This document shows positions 30,293 through 39,140 of a stretch of DNA of 64,000 bases, piece after piece. This DNA is from Candidatus Eiseniibacteriota bacterium. Its GTDB lineage: Bacteria > Arandabacterota > Arandabacteria > Arandabacterales > Arandabacteraceae. The stretch is from the NCBI GenBank assembly GCA_043810925.1, contig JBDRNT010000072.1, forward strand, positions 1 through 64,000, given 5' to 3'. Each line of letters opens with the position of its first letter. Positions within the stretch are counted from its first letter, which is position 1. Both the position numbers and the translations under genes were made by a program. Under the pieces are notes generated by a model, which made no database searches, was not told the origin of the DNA, and was given only the letters and a program-made list of their open reading frames with translations.

Positions 30293-31333
30293 ATGCGGAA
30301 TGTACTTGTTATCGTACTTGCAGTATGCTTCATTGTCGCAAGCGCGACAACTCTGGCAGCAAAGAAGGAAGAGGAACACCCGATTCATACAAAGGGTAGC
30401 CTTAACTGCACGGGTGCGACCCCTATCAGCTGTGGTGATGTTGTGGCCGGTAACAACGGCACCGGCGAGTACAATGTCGAATACTACTCCTGTGTATCCT
30501 ACTGGGAATACGGTCCAGAAGTAGTGTACGAGCTGGTGATTCCCGGACCGGAATGCTATCAGGTTAGCGCCTCTCTTGCCGGAATGACCGCCGACCTCGA
30601 TGTGTTTATCCTGGGCAGCTGCGATGAGAACGACTGCATCGATTACGGGGATGTCAGTTTCACAACTGATTGTCTCGAGCCCGGTACTTACTACATCGTT
30701 GTCGACGGTTATTACGGTGATGTCAGCGATTTCACATTGACGGTGGATTGCACTGAGTGCGAATGCCCAGCCCCGTGTCCTCCTGAGCAAAATTACTTGC
30801 CTTTTGCTCAGGACTTCGAACGCCAAGAGTGCTTCCCGCCGGCGGGATGGACAATACTCAATCTCGGAGATGACACCTCGGGCGAAGGCTGGGAGTGGGC
30901 TGATTACAATTACTGCAGTGGACTGGGAACTTCACGCTGCTACTATGGCGGCTTGGACGAGTACCAGGATGAATGGTTCATCACACCCATCATCTATCTT
31001 GAAGGGGCTCACTGCATAGAAATCTGCTTCCAGCACTACACGTCGATCTGGAGCTACTGTACGCACCCGGTGGAGCTTCTGGTCTCCACAACTGGAACGA
31101 ACACCGGAGACTTCTCAGTGATCTGGACCTTTGGGTGTGATGAGGAGTCTTTCTGTGATCAGGTTTGCATTGTAGATCCGTTGCCGCCGAGTACCGATCA
31201 TGTCTATGTTGCATGGAGGTACCAGGGTTTATGGGCAGGAATCTGGAATGTTGACAACATCCTTATTGATGTTTCAGGGGCCAGTGCTATTCAGCCATCG
31301 GCCTGGGGCGCGATCAAGTCAATGTATCGGTAG
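30293..31333 (+). CDS. secreted Cys/acid-rich protein (PPC-like + cleaved-adhesin-like domains) with C-terminal WGxIK motif
   Basis: AAGGAGG SD; signal peptide; GPEVVYEL, ADLDVFIL, PGTYYIVVDGY; QDFE..FPPAGWT, DEWFITP, YVAWRY, VDNI; ends SAWGAIKSMYR. Confidence 0.8.
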   Translation: MRNVLVIVLAVCFIVASATTLAAKKEEEHPIHTKGSLNCTGATPISCGDVVAGNNGTGEYNVEYYSCVSYWEYGPEVVYELVIPGPECYQVSASLAGMTADLDVFILGSCDENDCIDYGDVSFTTDCLEPGTYYIVVDGYYGDVSDFTLTVDCTECECPAPCPPEQNYLPFAQDFERQECFPPAGWTILNLGDDTSGEGWEWADYNYCSGLGTSRCYYGGLDEYQDEWFITPIIYLEGAHCIEICFQHYTSIWSYCTHPVELLVSTTGTNTGDFSVIWTFGCDEESFCDQVCIVDPLPPSTDHVYVAWRYQGLWAGIWNVDNILIDVSGASAIQPSAWGAIKSMYR

Positions 31334-31347
31334 TTGCTGCAGTAACG

Positions 31348-31387
31348 CGGAAAGGCAGCCTTACCTCACAGTGAGGCTGCCTTTCTG
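31348..31387 (+). terminator. intrinsic terminator-like hairpin between convergent genes
   Basis: CGGAAAGGCAGCCTTAC / GTGAGGCTGCCTTTCTG stem 15 nt after the stop. Confidence 0.7.
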
Positions 31388-31524
31388 TATCCGAGGGGTC
31401 AGGGCAGGATGACGTAGATAATCTGCACCCTCAAGAAGTTGGTATTCATCCAAATGGCCCAATCCGTTCACTGTGGTTTGTTTCGCGAAGTCCAGCACAC
31501 CTGTTTAAGGGTAACTTGAGAGGT

Positions 31525-32790
31525 TTAGGTGGTGACCTTCTCCAGGGGTTCTGGAACGTAGGGCGAGTCAGGGAGACTATCGGTGAGGTCTGCAAAGACG
31601 GCGCATAATGTGGGATCGAGTTCCGCCGCCGCCTTCTCTCCTATTATCGCAAGTGCCTCTCCGCGCGAATACGGTTTCATCGCATCCGATCTTGCACTTG
31701 TGAGATTGTCATAGATGTCGGCGATTCTGATCACCCTGCTTGAGAGGTTCGGTCTTATGTCTCTATCTGTTTGCGGATAACCTGTTCGGTCGATGTTCAT
31801 ATGGTGACAGAAGGCCGCGACCATCGTCCCGAGCATCGCCTTATCGGGCTTCTTAATCTGGGCGAGAACCTGAACACCGGCCTCCGGATGCCGGCGGATC
31901 TGCTCCCAGTCGTATGCGGTTACATCTTCGAACTTATTCACGATCATGGGTGCTACACATCGCTTGCCTATATCGTGAAGGAGTGCCGCTATGCCTATCT
32001 CACCCAGCGCTGGCTTTGGAAGTCCAAGCCTGTTGGCAAGAGCAACCGACAGCACACAGACATTGACCGAGTGATGGTGAAGGTGCTCGTCGTAATCACC
32101 CATGCGTGTAAGAGCCAACGTAGACTTATCATCCGTGACCACGCAGTTCACTACTGATTCAACGACACGCTTCACTTCACGTGCTCTGACCTCTGCCCCG
32201 GCAATACCGTACTCCACCGCCCGCCCGACAACGTGCAGTGCGGATAAGAACGCCCGGTGGGCCATCTCCCGGTTGGACAGGAGCAGTTCGTTTCGTTCGT
32301 AGAACTCATCCAACTCGGTCTTTCGCTCCGTTATCTTGATCCTGTTGATTTTCTCGAACTTGAGGAGACGCTTCATCTCCTGGAATGGATCTCTGCATGA
32401 GTCATCGATCCGGGTGAGCGCCGCTGCAAAATCGCGGATATCCACCGACCTGGCTGAATCATCGAAAATCACCGCCCTGATCCCGCTTGCCGTCATGCGT
32501 TCAATGAAGTAATCGAATGTCTTCTCAGTGTTTGAACCGGTATTCAGTCTGCCCTCCTGGAATAACACACAATCGCTTATGACATCGAACCTCACAGTGT
32601 CACTCTCTTCAAGCAGACACTCGAGAATCGACCTGGCCGACCGCGACGTCTGAACCGTTGTCTCGTCATCTTTGGCACCAACCTCGGCATTCTGCATGAG
32701 GACATGAAGCCGATCAAGAAGGTCCACCGCCATCCTGTTTTCGGAGGACTTGGCACTTCCGGTTGCTGTGCGCCGTCGTTCCCTTGTCAT
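31525..32790 (-). CDS. HD-GYP domain phosphodiesterase
   Basis: HHSVNV, ALLHDIGK, HHMNIDRTGYP, IADIYDNLTS.R. Confidence 0.88.
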   Translation of the reverse strand: MTRERRRTATGSAKSSENRMAVDLLDRLHVLMQNAEVGAKDDETTVQTSRSARSILECLLEESDTVRFDVISDCVLFQEGRLNTGSNTEKTFDYFIERMTASGIRAVIFDDSARSVDIRDFAAALTRIDDSCRDPFQEMKRLLKFEKINRIKITERKTELDEFYERNELLLSNREMAHRAFLSALHVVGRAVEYGIAGAEVRAREVKRVVESVVNCVVTDDKSTLALTRMGDYDEHLHHHSVNVCVLSVALANRLGLPKPALGEIGIAALLHDIGKRCVAPMIVNKFEDVTAYDWEQIRRHPEAGVQVLAQIKKPDKAMLGTMVAAFCHHMNIDRTGYPQTDRDIRPNLSSRVIRIADIYDNLTSARSDAMKPYSRGEALAIIGEKAAAELDPTLCAVFADLTDSLPDSPYVPEPLEKVTT

Positions 32791-32794
32791 CGAA

Positions 32795-34495
32795 TCATCT
32801 CAGGTCCCGACCTCGCTCAAGGCCGACGAGAGCGTCCGAGGCTGCGTGCCTCATCGGACCTCTCCCCTTCCCCGCGGAGGTTCTCAGCAATTCAACCGAC
32901 TCATCATCACCTATCATCGCCAGGCCATAAGCGGCACAGGCCCGGGTCTTCTTGTCCCAGCGATGCACCTTGCCATCCAGGATCGATCTTAAGAGCTCGA
33001 AACTTCCCCGGCCGAGCGAACCGTAAACCGTCATCATATCCTTCCTCTCATCGAGAGGCCTCTTTCTGAAGTCCTTGTCCTTGATGGTGTCATAAAGAAC
33101 CGTGCTCGCTGTGTCGCCTCCGATATCCCTGATCGCCGTCAGCGCTGCGGATCTTACCTGCTTTACATCATCCTCGAGCTGGGTGCGGAGTATCTCGATG
33201 CCTTCCGGGCTCTTGATCCTGCCGAGGGCCCTGGCAAGTTCCCTTCTGACCCGCGGCTCCGAGTGGGCAGATGCCTGCTGGAGTACGGGTATCATCTCCG
33301 GCCGCCCGGTCATGCCCATTATCAGCACCATGTTTCTGACAACGTACCATCTTGAGTCAAGGATGTACCGTCTCATCCTTTCCTCATCTTCACAGCCGAT
33401 GATGGATATGGCCCGACAGAGCAGATACCTCACCGCCCTGTCTTCAGAGTCGGCCAGCAGCTCGCAGAGCGGTCCGACCGCCACGGGAGCCATTAGCTTG
33501 AGGTAGCTGAATATCTCCTCGACCCGTGATTCGGTCAGGTGGTCGAAATGGTCGGCGACCTGTATGATCCTCCGCTTCTCACCAAGCCTTCCGATATTGT
33601 CCACTACGACCGCACGCTTTTCGGTTGATAGGTCGGTCGCGCCCTCAAATGATCTCAGCCCTGATACGATTGAACATGCCGAGTTGAAATCACCGGACGC
33701 CACCAGCCACTCGCATGCGGTTCCGAGAAAACCGACTACGGCATCAAACATCTCATCGTTGCCGGCCGTGCGGGCAATTTCGAAGCAGATCTCCGTGCAT
33801 CGTTTAAGAAGAACCTGTTCGTTCTCCTCAAGCATTTCATATACGAGTGTCTTTACGTCCGCTTTGCCGATCGCTTTCGGATCGGGGCCGCTTTCGGTCT
33901 CACTCTGCGGCGGGGAGAGTCCGAGCTGGTTGACGAAGAAATCCCTGCTCAGGACGACGTCACCATAGTCCCACCCGAGATCCGGTCTTGAGGAGCGGTT
34001 GACAAGCCCTTCGATCCTCTCACGAGCCCCGGCATCGAGATAGGTATCGACCGCACGATAGGTTATGTGGGCCAGGTCCTTCTCCCAGAGCATCGTGACG
34101 AGATCCGCCTGATGAGGATCGGTACCGCGCGCATCGTGTACGGCACGCGTAAATGCCTCGATCTCATCCGCGCCAACTCCGGACCTGAAAGTGATCAGTC
34201 GGATACCATCCCGGTAGAGCACGAAGGCAAGGCTGTCAAGTTTCTCGGCACAGGAATAGACCACCTCTTCCCCGTAGACAAGAGCATTCTCCTCGACAAG
34301 TAGTGTCAGGGAAGCGTTCTGCTGGAGAAACGGGGTCAACTGGGCCAGGCAGGTCCGGAGTGACTTGCGTATCTCTGGGTTTTCCGGCTCATAGGCCCTC
34401 ATGTCTCTGAGCACCAAAACCATCTGGTTGAGGATGGCCTCAACTTTGCTGTCCTGGGCCTTCTGAGCGCGCTGTAGATTTATGTCTGTTTCCAT
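32795..34495 (-). CDS. HEAT-repeat protein
   Basis: C-terminal repeats DSRWYVVRN, HSEPRVRRELARALG, DDVKQVRSAALTAI; 4-nt gap to HD-GYP. Confidence 0.85.
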   Translation of the reverse strand: METDINLQRAQKAQDSKVEAILNQMVLVLRDMRAYEPENPEIRKSLRTCLAQLTPFLQQNASLTLLVEENALVYGEEVVYSCAEKLDSLAFVLYRDGIRLITFRSGVGADEIEAFTRAVHDARGTDPHQADLVTMLWEKDLAHITYRAVDTYLDAGARERIEGLVNRSSRPDLGWDYGDVVLSRDFFVNQLGLSPPQSETESGPDPKAIGKADVKTLVYEMLEENEQVLLKRCTEICFEIARTAGNDEMFDAVVGFLGTACEWLVASGDFNSACSIVSGLRSFEGATDLSTEKRAVVVDNIGRLGEKRRIIQVADHFDHLTESRVEEIFSYLKLMAPVAVGPLCELLADSEDRAVRYLLCRAISIIGCEDEERMRRYILDSRWYVVRNMVLIMGMTGRPEMIPVLQQASAHSEPRVRRELARALGRIKSPEGIEILRTQLEDDVKQVRSAALTAIRDIGGDTASTVLYDTIKDKDFRKRPLDERKDMMTVYGSLGRGSFELLRSILDGKVHRWDKKTRACAAYGLAMIGDDESVELLRTSAGKGRGPMRHAASDALVGLERGRDLR

Positions 34496-34537
34496 GGTAG
34501 ACGCACCAGCCTCGCAGACGGCTGGTTCCCTGCCTTT

Positions 34538-34564
34538 ATATCGGCATGGAAGGCCCGGAGTTTA
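34538..34564 (-). promoter_or_regulatory. sigma28 (FliA/SigD)-type promoter
   Basis: TAAA-N15-GCCGATAT on minus strand, ~43 nt above the HEAT gene ATG. Confidence 0.7.
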
Positions 34565-34569
34565 GCGGG

Positions 34570-34708
34570 TAGTAATTTCGGGGACACAATACTCAATTAT
34601 GTGCCTGATCTCCCCGGCAATACGTTACTCATCGGACCTCAGTGTGCCGGTTTCCCCAACCGCAGTGCCCCCGGTTCATAATTGAGTATTGTGTCCCCGA
34701 AATTACTA
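34570..34708. mobile_element. MITE/REPIN-like element: 32-bp perfect inverted repeat around a 75-bp spacer
   Basis: TAGTAATTTCGGGGACACAATACTCAATTATG (34570-601) is the exact reverse complement of 34677-708. Confidence 0.65.
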
Positions 34709-34716
34709 AGAATCAC

Positions 34717-36435
34717 TTACATGAAGGTGGGGGCGGAGATTCCTATGAGGGAAAGGGCGCTCCGGAGTATCGTCCTCACGGCATAGCAGAGATAGAGCCG
34801 TGCCTCCGACATCGCGCGGTCATCGGTCACCACACGGTTGTTGTGATAGAACCTGTGGAACTTGCCCGCCAGGTCAATGAGATAGACCGGGATCCGGTGC
34901 GGTTCGAGCGCCATTGCGCTTCCTATGATGAGATCATCGAAGTCTGCCACCGCCTTTATGAGTTCGGTCGCCTCATCGGAGGTCAGCAATGAAAGATCCG
35001 CTCTCCCTGGAGGCATTTCCTCAAAGCCGTTTTCTTTGGCAAATTCGATTATGCTCGATATCCTGGCATGCGCATACTGCACATAGTAAACCGGATTCTC
35101 ATCAGACATCTTCTTGGCGAGATCGAGGTCGAAGTCAAGATGACTGTTACATCTCCGCATGAGGAAGAAGAACCTCGCGACATCGGCGCCCGTTCTCGGG
35201 TTCTCCGGATCCGGCGCGATTTCTCTTAGAATGTCGTCAAGCGTGACGTACTCGCCCGCCCGTTTGGACATCTGCACACGCTTGCCTTCCCTGACCAGAT
35301 TGACCTGCTGGGCGACCAGCACCCTGAGCCAGTCCTCAGCGATCTCCAGACCTGGGATCACCTTTGATACCACCTGCATGGCCGTCTGCATCCGTCCAAT
35401 GTGGCCGTGATGGTCCGGTCCCCAGATATCGATCACCCTGTCAAACCCACGCTTTCGCTTATCGATATGGTATGTGATGTCGGTAAGGAAGTAAGTTGGC
35501 TGGCCGGTCGATCTCCTGATCACCCATTCATCCTCCTCCCCCTGACCGGCGCCCTTAAGCCAGACCGCTCCCTCCTTCTCGACCACAAACCGCCCGTCCG
35601 AGACCAGAGCATCAAGGACAATTCCCACGTCTTCCTTAAGTGAGGATTCACGGACCCACATATCGAAGCGCACACCACCGTCCGGACGACGGCCAAAGCA
35701 GTCAAGCGAGTTTCGTTGCATTGCAACGATCTCAGTGACGGCAAACCGGGCGAAGTCAAAACTCGCTTCATCGGCATCTCCGGCAAGCGTCTTGATCCTC
35801 TGAGCTATATCAGCCAGATACTCCCCCGGGTAGCCGCCATCCGGCAGATCAAGTCTCTCTCCCAGGGCCTCGTGGAAACGAGCTTTAAGTGACTGCCCAA
35901 GCAGCTCCACCTGGGTGCCGCCGTCATTGATGTAGAATTCACTCTTGGCATCATAGCCGACATGATCCAGAATCTTCACGAGTGCATCACCGACAGCGGC
36001 CGCCCGCGCGCTTACGACATTCAGGGGACCCGTGGGGTTCGCACTCACAAACTCGACCTGGATCTTCTCCCCCTCGCCGACCGTAGAGCGTCCATAGTCA
36101 TCATCAGCCGGATGTGCAGCGATTTCCCTGAGTTTATCAAGATAGGTCGGGGGGGCGACCGCGATGTTTATGAAGCCGGGTTTGACGATGTCGATCGAAG
36201 CGATGAGCGCCGACGGCACCTCCACACCTTCCGCAATCTTCCGAGCGACTTCCGTTGGATTGGCTTTGAGTCGCTTGCCGGCAACCATCGCCACATTGGT
36301 CGAGAAGTCACCGAAGGCCTTTTCGCGCGGTTTGGAGACCTCGAAGCAGAGATCTTTAAGATCGGGGAAGGCACGCCCCACGGCCGCCGCGAACTCGGCG
36401 TGAAGCCGCTGTCTGATCGGCAGACTCACGTTCAT
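34717..36435 (-). CDS. argS: arginine--tRNA ligase
   Basis: FGDFSTN, VEFVSANPTGPL, GPDHHGH, MSKRAG, YVQYAHARISSI. Confidence 0.97.
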   Translation of the reverse strand: MNVSLPIRQRLHAEFAAAVGRAFPDLKDLCFEVSKPREKAFGDFSTNVAMVAGKRLKANPTEVARKIAEGVEVPSALIASIDIVKPGFINIAVAPPTYLDKLREIAAHPADDDYGRSTVGEGEKIQVEFVSANPTGPLNVVSARAAAVGDALVKILDHVGYDAKSEFYINDGGTQVELLGQSLKARFHEALGERLDLPDGGYPGEYLADIAQRIKTLAGDADEASFDFARFAVTEIVAMQRNSLDCFGRRPDGGVRFDMWVRESSLKEDVGIVLDALVSDGRFVVEKEGAVWLKGAGQGEEDEWVIRRSTGQPTYFLTDITYHIDKRKRGFDRVIDIWGPDHHGHIGRMQTAMQVVSKVIPGLEIAEDWLRVLVAQQVNLVREGKRVQMSKRAGEYVTLDDILREIAPDPENPRTGADVARFFFLMRRCNSHLDFDLDLAKKMSDENPVYYVQYAHARISSIIEFAKENGFEEMPPGRADLSLLTSDEATELIKAVADFDDLIIGSAMALEPHRIPVYLIDLAGKFHRFYHNNRVVTDDRAMSEARLYLCYAVRTILRSALSLIGISAPTFM

Positions 36436-36815
36436 CGTTTCGGGGTCCTGCGTCTCTTTGGTTTGACTTCCTCGATGGGGGCATCCCCCCAGAGTGTCTC
36501 GAGCGAATAGAATGCTCGCGTGTCACCGTGGAAGATGTGCACTACAACGTCGACATAGTCCATGAGCACCCACCTCTTCCCGGTGAGACCTTCAATGTGC
36601 CAGGGCTTGTAACCCCTCTCTTTGATTCCCGCCTTCACGTTCTCTGCAATGGCCTTGACCTGTCTGTCGGACGAGGCGCTGCAGATCACGAAATAGTCGG
36701 TAGGTGCGTTGAGTTTGCGCAGATCGATTATGATCACGTCCTCAGCCTTCTTGTCATGGGCCAGATCACAACACTTTCTGGCAAACGCCTTAGGCGTCAA
36801 GGAAGCTATGGGCAC
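36432..36815 (-). CDS. rsfS: ribosome silencing factor
   Basis: DKKAEDV, DYFVICS, WVLMDYVDVVVHIF, FYSLETLW. Confidence 0.95.
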   Translation of the reverse strand: MPIASLTPKAFARKCCDLAHDKKAEDVIIIDLRKLNAPTDYFVICSASSDRQVKAIAENVKAGIKERGYKPWHIEGLTGKRWVLMDYVDVVVHIFHGDTRAFYSLETLWGDAPIEEVKPKRRRTPKR

Positions 36816-37249
36816 TCCCCTTCCTGCGGGTCTTCATCAGTTATGAGACCGACGACTCGCGGAATCCTGTCCGTGGAGCCCGTCTTTTCAATGTACCTTA
36901 AAAGAACAAATGACAAAACCAGGGCCAGCGATCCGAGGCCGATGCCTGCCAGATCACGACGTAACCCCAGCATCCCACCCAGGCTGTATCCGGCAAGTCC
37001 GCCACCAACAGCAGCAATCACCGGAAGGACGAAGATAAGAAACGCCGCTCTGACAGCATACCCCGGCCTGAGTTCGATTTCGACCCTCTGCCCGGGCAGG
37101 GCACCGATCTCATTGATCGCGTCGAGCTTCCTTTCCTTCTCGCTCATTGCGGCGATACACGCACCGCAGTGCTTGCACTCAAGATGCGCACCGAGCACGA
37201 CTTCCGCTCTGTCCTCCCTTACACTGATCACATATCCCGAGTTTCTCAT
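36806..37249 (-). CDS. rseC: RseC/MucC-family protein
   Basis: CKHCGAC, AINEIGA.PGQRV, AAFLIFVLP, two TM helices. Confidence 0.85.
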   Translation of the reverse strand: MRNSGYVISVREDRAEVVLGAHLECKHCGACIAAMSEKERKLDAINEIGALPGQRVEIELRPGYAVRAAFLIFVLPVIAAVGGGLAGYSLGGMLGLRRDLAGIGLGSLALVLSFVLLRYIEKTGSTDRIPRVVGLITDEDPQEGECP

Positions 37250-37261
37250 TCTGACAACACC

Positions 37262-37777
37262 TTAACCAACCGACCCGGTCCTTTCAAGAATTACCTTGTC
37301 GAGTACTCGGGAAGCTATTAGACCAGTGACGAACCCAACCCCGACACCCATGAGGATGAATCCCCCGAGCAGGCTTGAAGCAATGCCCGACCAGGATAGG
37401 ATCGTGGTAAACAGCATCACCTGGACGAAGTTATTGACGGCGGCCCCAATACAGCTTGCGCCGACTACCGAGAGCGGCGGCACCAGCTTCCATCTCACGA
37501 CCGCCATTGCCATAAGAGCACACGTGCTGCCGGCAAACGAGAACACGAATGCGGGGCTCAGCAGGATACCGAGAAGCAGGTTGCCTGCCAGGACCCGTGC
37601 GAGATTGACCAGGAATGCATCCTTGAAACCGAACCCGAAGAGCGCGATCACTACGAAGACGTTCGAGAGCCCGATCCTCGCCCACGGCAGCGGCATCGGC
37701 AGCAGACTCTCGAAAACATACGCCGCCACAGCTCCTGCGGCGAGCAACCCTGTACGCGATAACGACCTTGCGTCCAC
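37262..37777 (-). CDS. Gx transporter family membrane protein (EetB-like)
   Basis: FESLLP..PWARIGLSN, SVVGASCIGAAVNNFVQ. Confidence 0.8.
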   Translation of the reverse strand: MDARSLSRTGLLAAGAVAAYVFESLLPMPLPWARIGLSNVFVVIALFGFGFKDAFLVNLARVLAGNLLLGILLSPAFVFSFAGSTCALMAMAVVRWKLVPPLSVVGASCIGAAVNNFVQVMLFTTILSWSGIASSLLGGFILMGVGVGFVTGLIASRVLDKVILERTGSVG

Positions 37778-37789
37778 CCTATTTTCCCC

Positions 37790-38155
37790 TCAGGGCGTGA
37801 TCCCGTCATAGTCAGCCTGTCCCGATATCTGCGCCACCACGCCGTTGGGCAGACACGCGATCCACTGGCCGGCTCTTGATATGCGCCCCCTGGATACGCA
37901 GAGGCCGTGCGGGCACGGGGACGACGTGAACTCCGCGGCCCCGTTCGCGATGTGAACAGTGGTCTTGCCGAGCGTTCCTTCCACTTCAAGTGTCTGATCG
38001 CGATTGATGTCCAGGGTAAGAGTCTCACCCGTCATGCTTCTGATTACAACTGTGTGTCCGCGTCCACCCGGGGTTTCCCCTGAACCAAGCAAGTAGACTC
38101 CCAGCACGATCAAGAGACCGATCACGACGAGGTCCGGTACGGTTATTCTATTCAG
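37790..38155 (-). CDS. NusG domain II-containing protein (EetA-like); start uncertain
   Basis: N-terminal TM, SPCPHGLCV..G.IS..GQWIACLPN; GGGAGG SD 7 nt before CTG 38155. Confidence 0.8.
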   Translation of the reverse strand: MNRITVPDLVVIGLLIVLGVYLLGSGETPGGRGHTVVIRSMTGETLTLDINRDQTLEVEGTLGKTTVHIANGAAEFTSSPCPHGLCVSRGRISRAGQWIACLPNGVVAQISGQADYDGITP

Positions 38156-39128
38156 GCTCGAACCTCCCGAATCCACTGGCGAGCCCGCTGCTGACGGCAA
38201 GGCTGTCTCCCCCGGCATTGACAAAGACCGCATCGATCCCCTCAAGGCTCTCGACAACCGCAAGTCCTTCCACGGGGCCTAACAGGAAAAGGCCGGTTGC
38301 AAGCGCGTCACTCAGACAACTGCTCGGCCCGACGACCGTGACACCTGTCGAGGCGCCACCCGGCATACCTGTGCGCGGATCAAGAATGTGGTGATAGCGC
38401 CGGCCGTCATAGATGAAGCAGCGCTCATAGTCTCCCGACGTGGCCACGGACACATCCTCGAGATCCAGATAGCCGATGAAACCATCACTCTGCCTCGGAT
38501 GCCTTATCGCGATCCTCCAGGGTCGGCGGTCTACACGCTTCCCGATGAGGTTTAAGTCTCCGCCGGCGTTTATTATGGCCGACTTAAAACCCAGCCGGCG
38601 CAGAGTCTCCGCTCCCAGGTCGACGGCATAACCCTTCGCAACTCCACCAAGATCGAAGACCGTACCGCCAGGGTCCCGCCCTGACAGATATGCCTCCAGA
38701 CCGACATGGGCCAGGGCGCTCTTGATCGAAGCCTCTCGAGGGGGCTCTGCCCCCTCCCAGAACTCCCATAACCTCGAAACCGATCCGATGGTGGGGTCAA
38801 AGAGACCTCGCGTAGCGTCATGAGCCCTGCGAGAAACAGCGAGGAGATGCCCAAACTCGTTCGACCTTAGAACGTCACCGCCTTTTCCCACCTCCACGAA
38901 GCCATCACCCAGAAGCCGGTCAATCCTCGCCATGGCCTTGAGGACCGAATCCACGGCCGCGGTGGCAGGGACCTTTCCCTTACCCCACACGCTGACCTCA
39001 ACGACCGTGTCCATCATTATGGCTGAATCCGAATAGTAGTCCGCCCCGGTCCGCATATTCCGGATGATCGTGAAACCCAGGACTGCGCAGATGATGAGAA
39101 CCGGCGGGAGGTATTTGTATCTTCTCAT
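38148..39128 (-). CDS. apbE: FAD:protein FMN transferase
   Basis: MDTVV, FDPTIG, DLGGVAKGYAVD, NAGGD, ATSGDYER, YHHILDPRTG, DALAT. Confidence 0.95.
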   Translation of the reverse strand: MRRYKYLPPVLIICAVLGFTIIRNMRTGADYYSDSAIMMDTVVEVSVWGKGKVPATAAVDSVLKAMARIDRLLGDGFVEVGKGGDVLRSNEFGHLLAVSRRAHDATRGLFDPTIGSVSRLWEFWEGAEPPREASIKSALAHVGLEAYLSGRDPGGTVFDLGGVAKGYAVDLGAETLRRLGFKSAIINAGGDLNLIGKRVDRRPWRIAIRHPRQSDGFIGYLDLEDVSVATSGDYERCFIYDGRRYHHILDPRTGMPGGASTGVTVVGPSSCLSDALATGLFLLGPVEGLAVVESLEGIDAVFVNAGGDSLAVSSGLASGFGRFEPE

Positions 39129-39140
39129 TCTACACGACGC

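Noticed and set aside
26921-31333. Accessory patch as an integron cassette array or prophage
   Set aside because: No integrase, no repeated attC-like sites between genes, no phage genes
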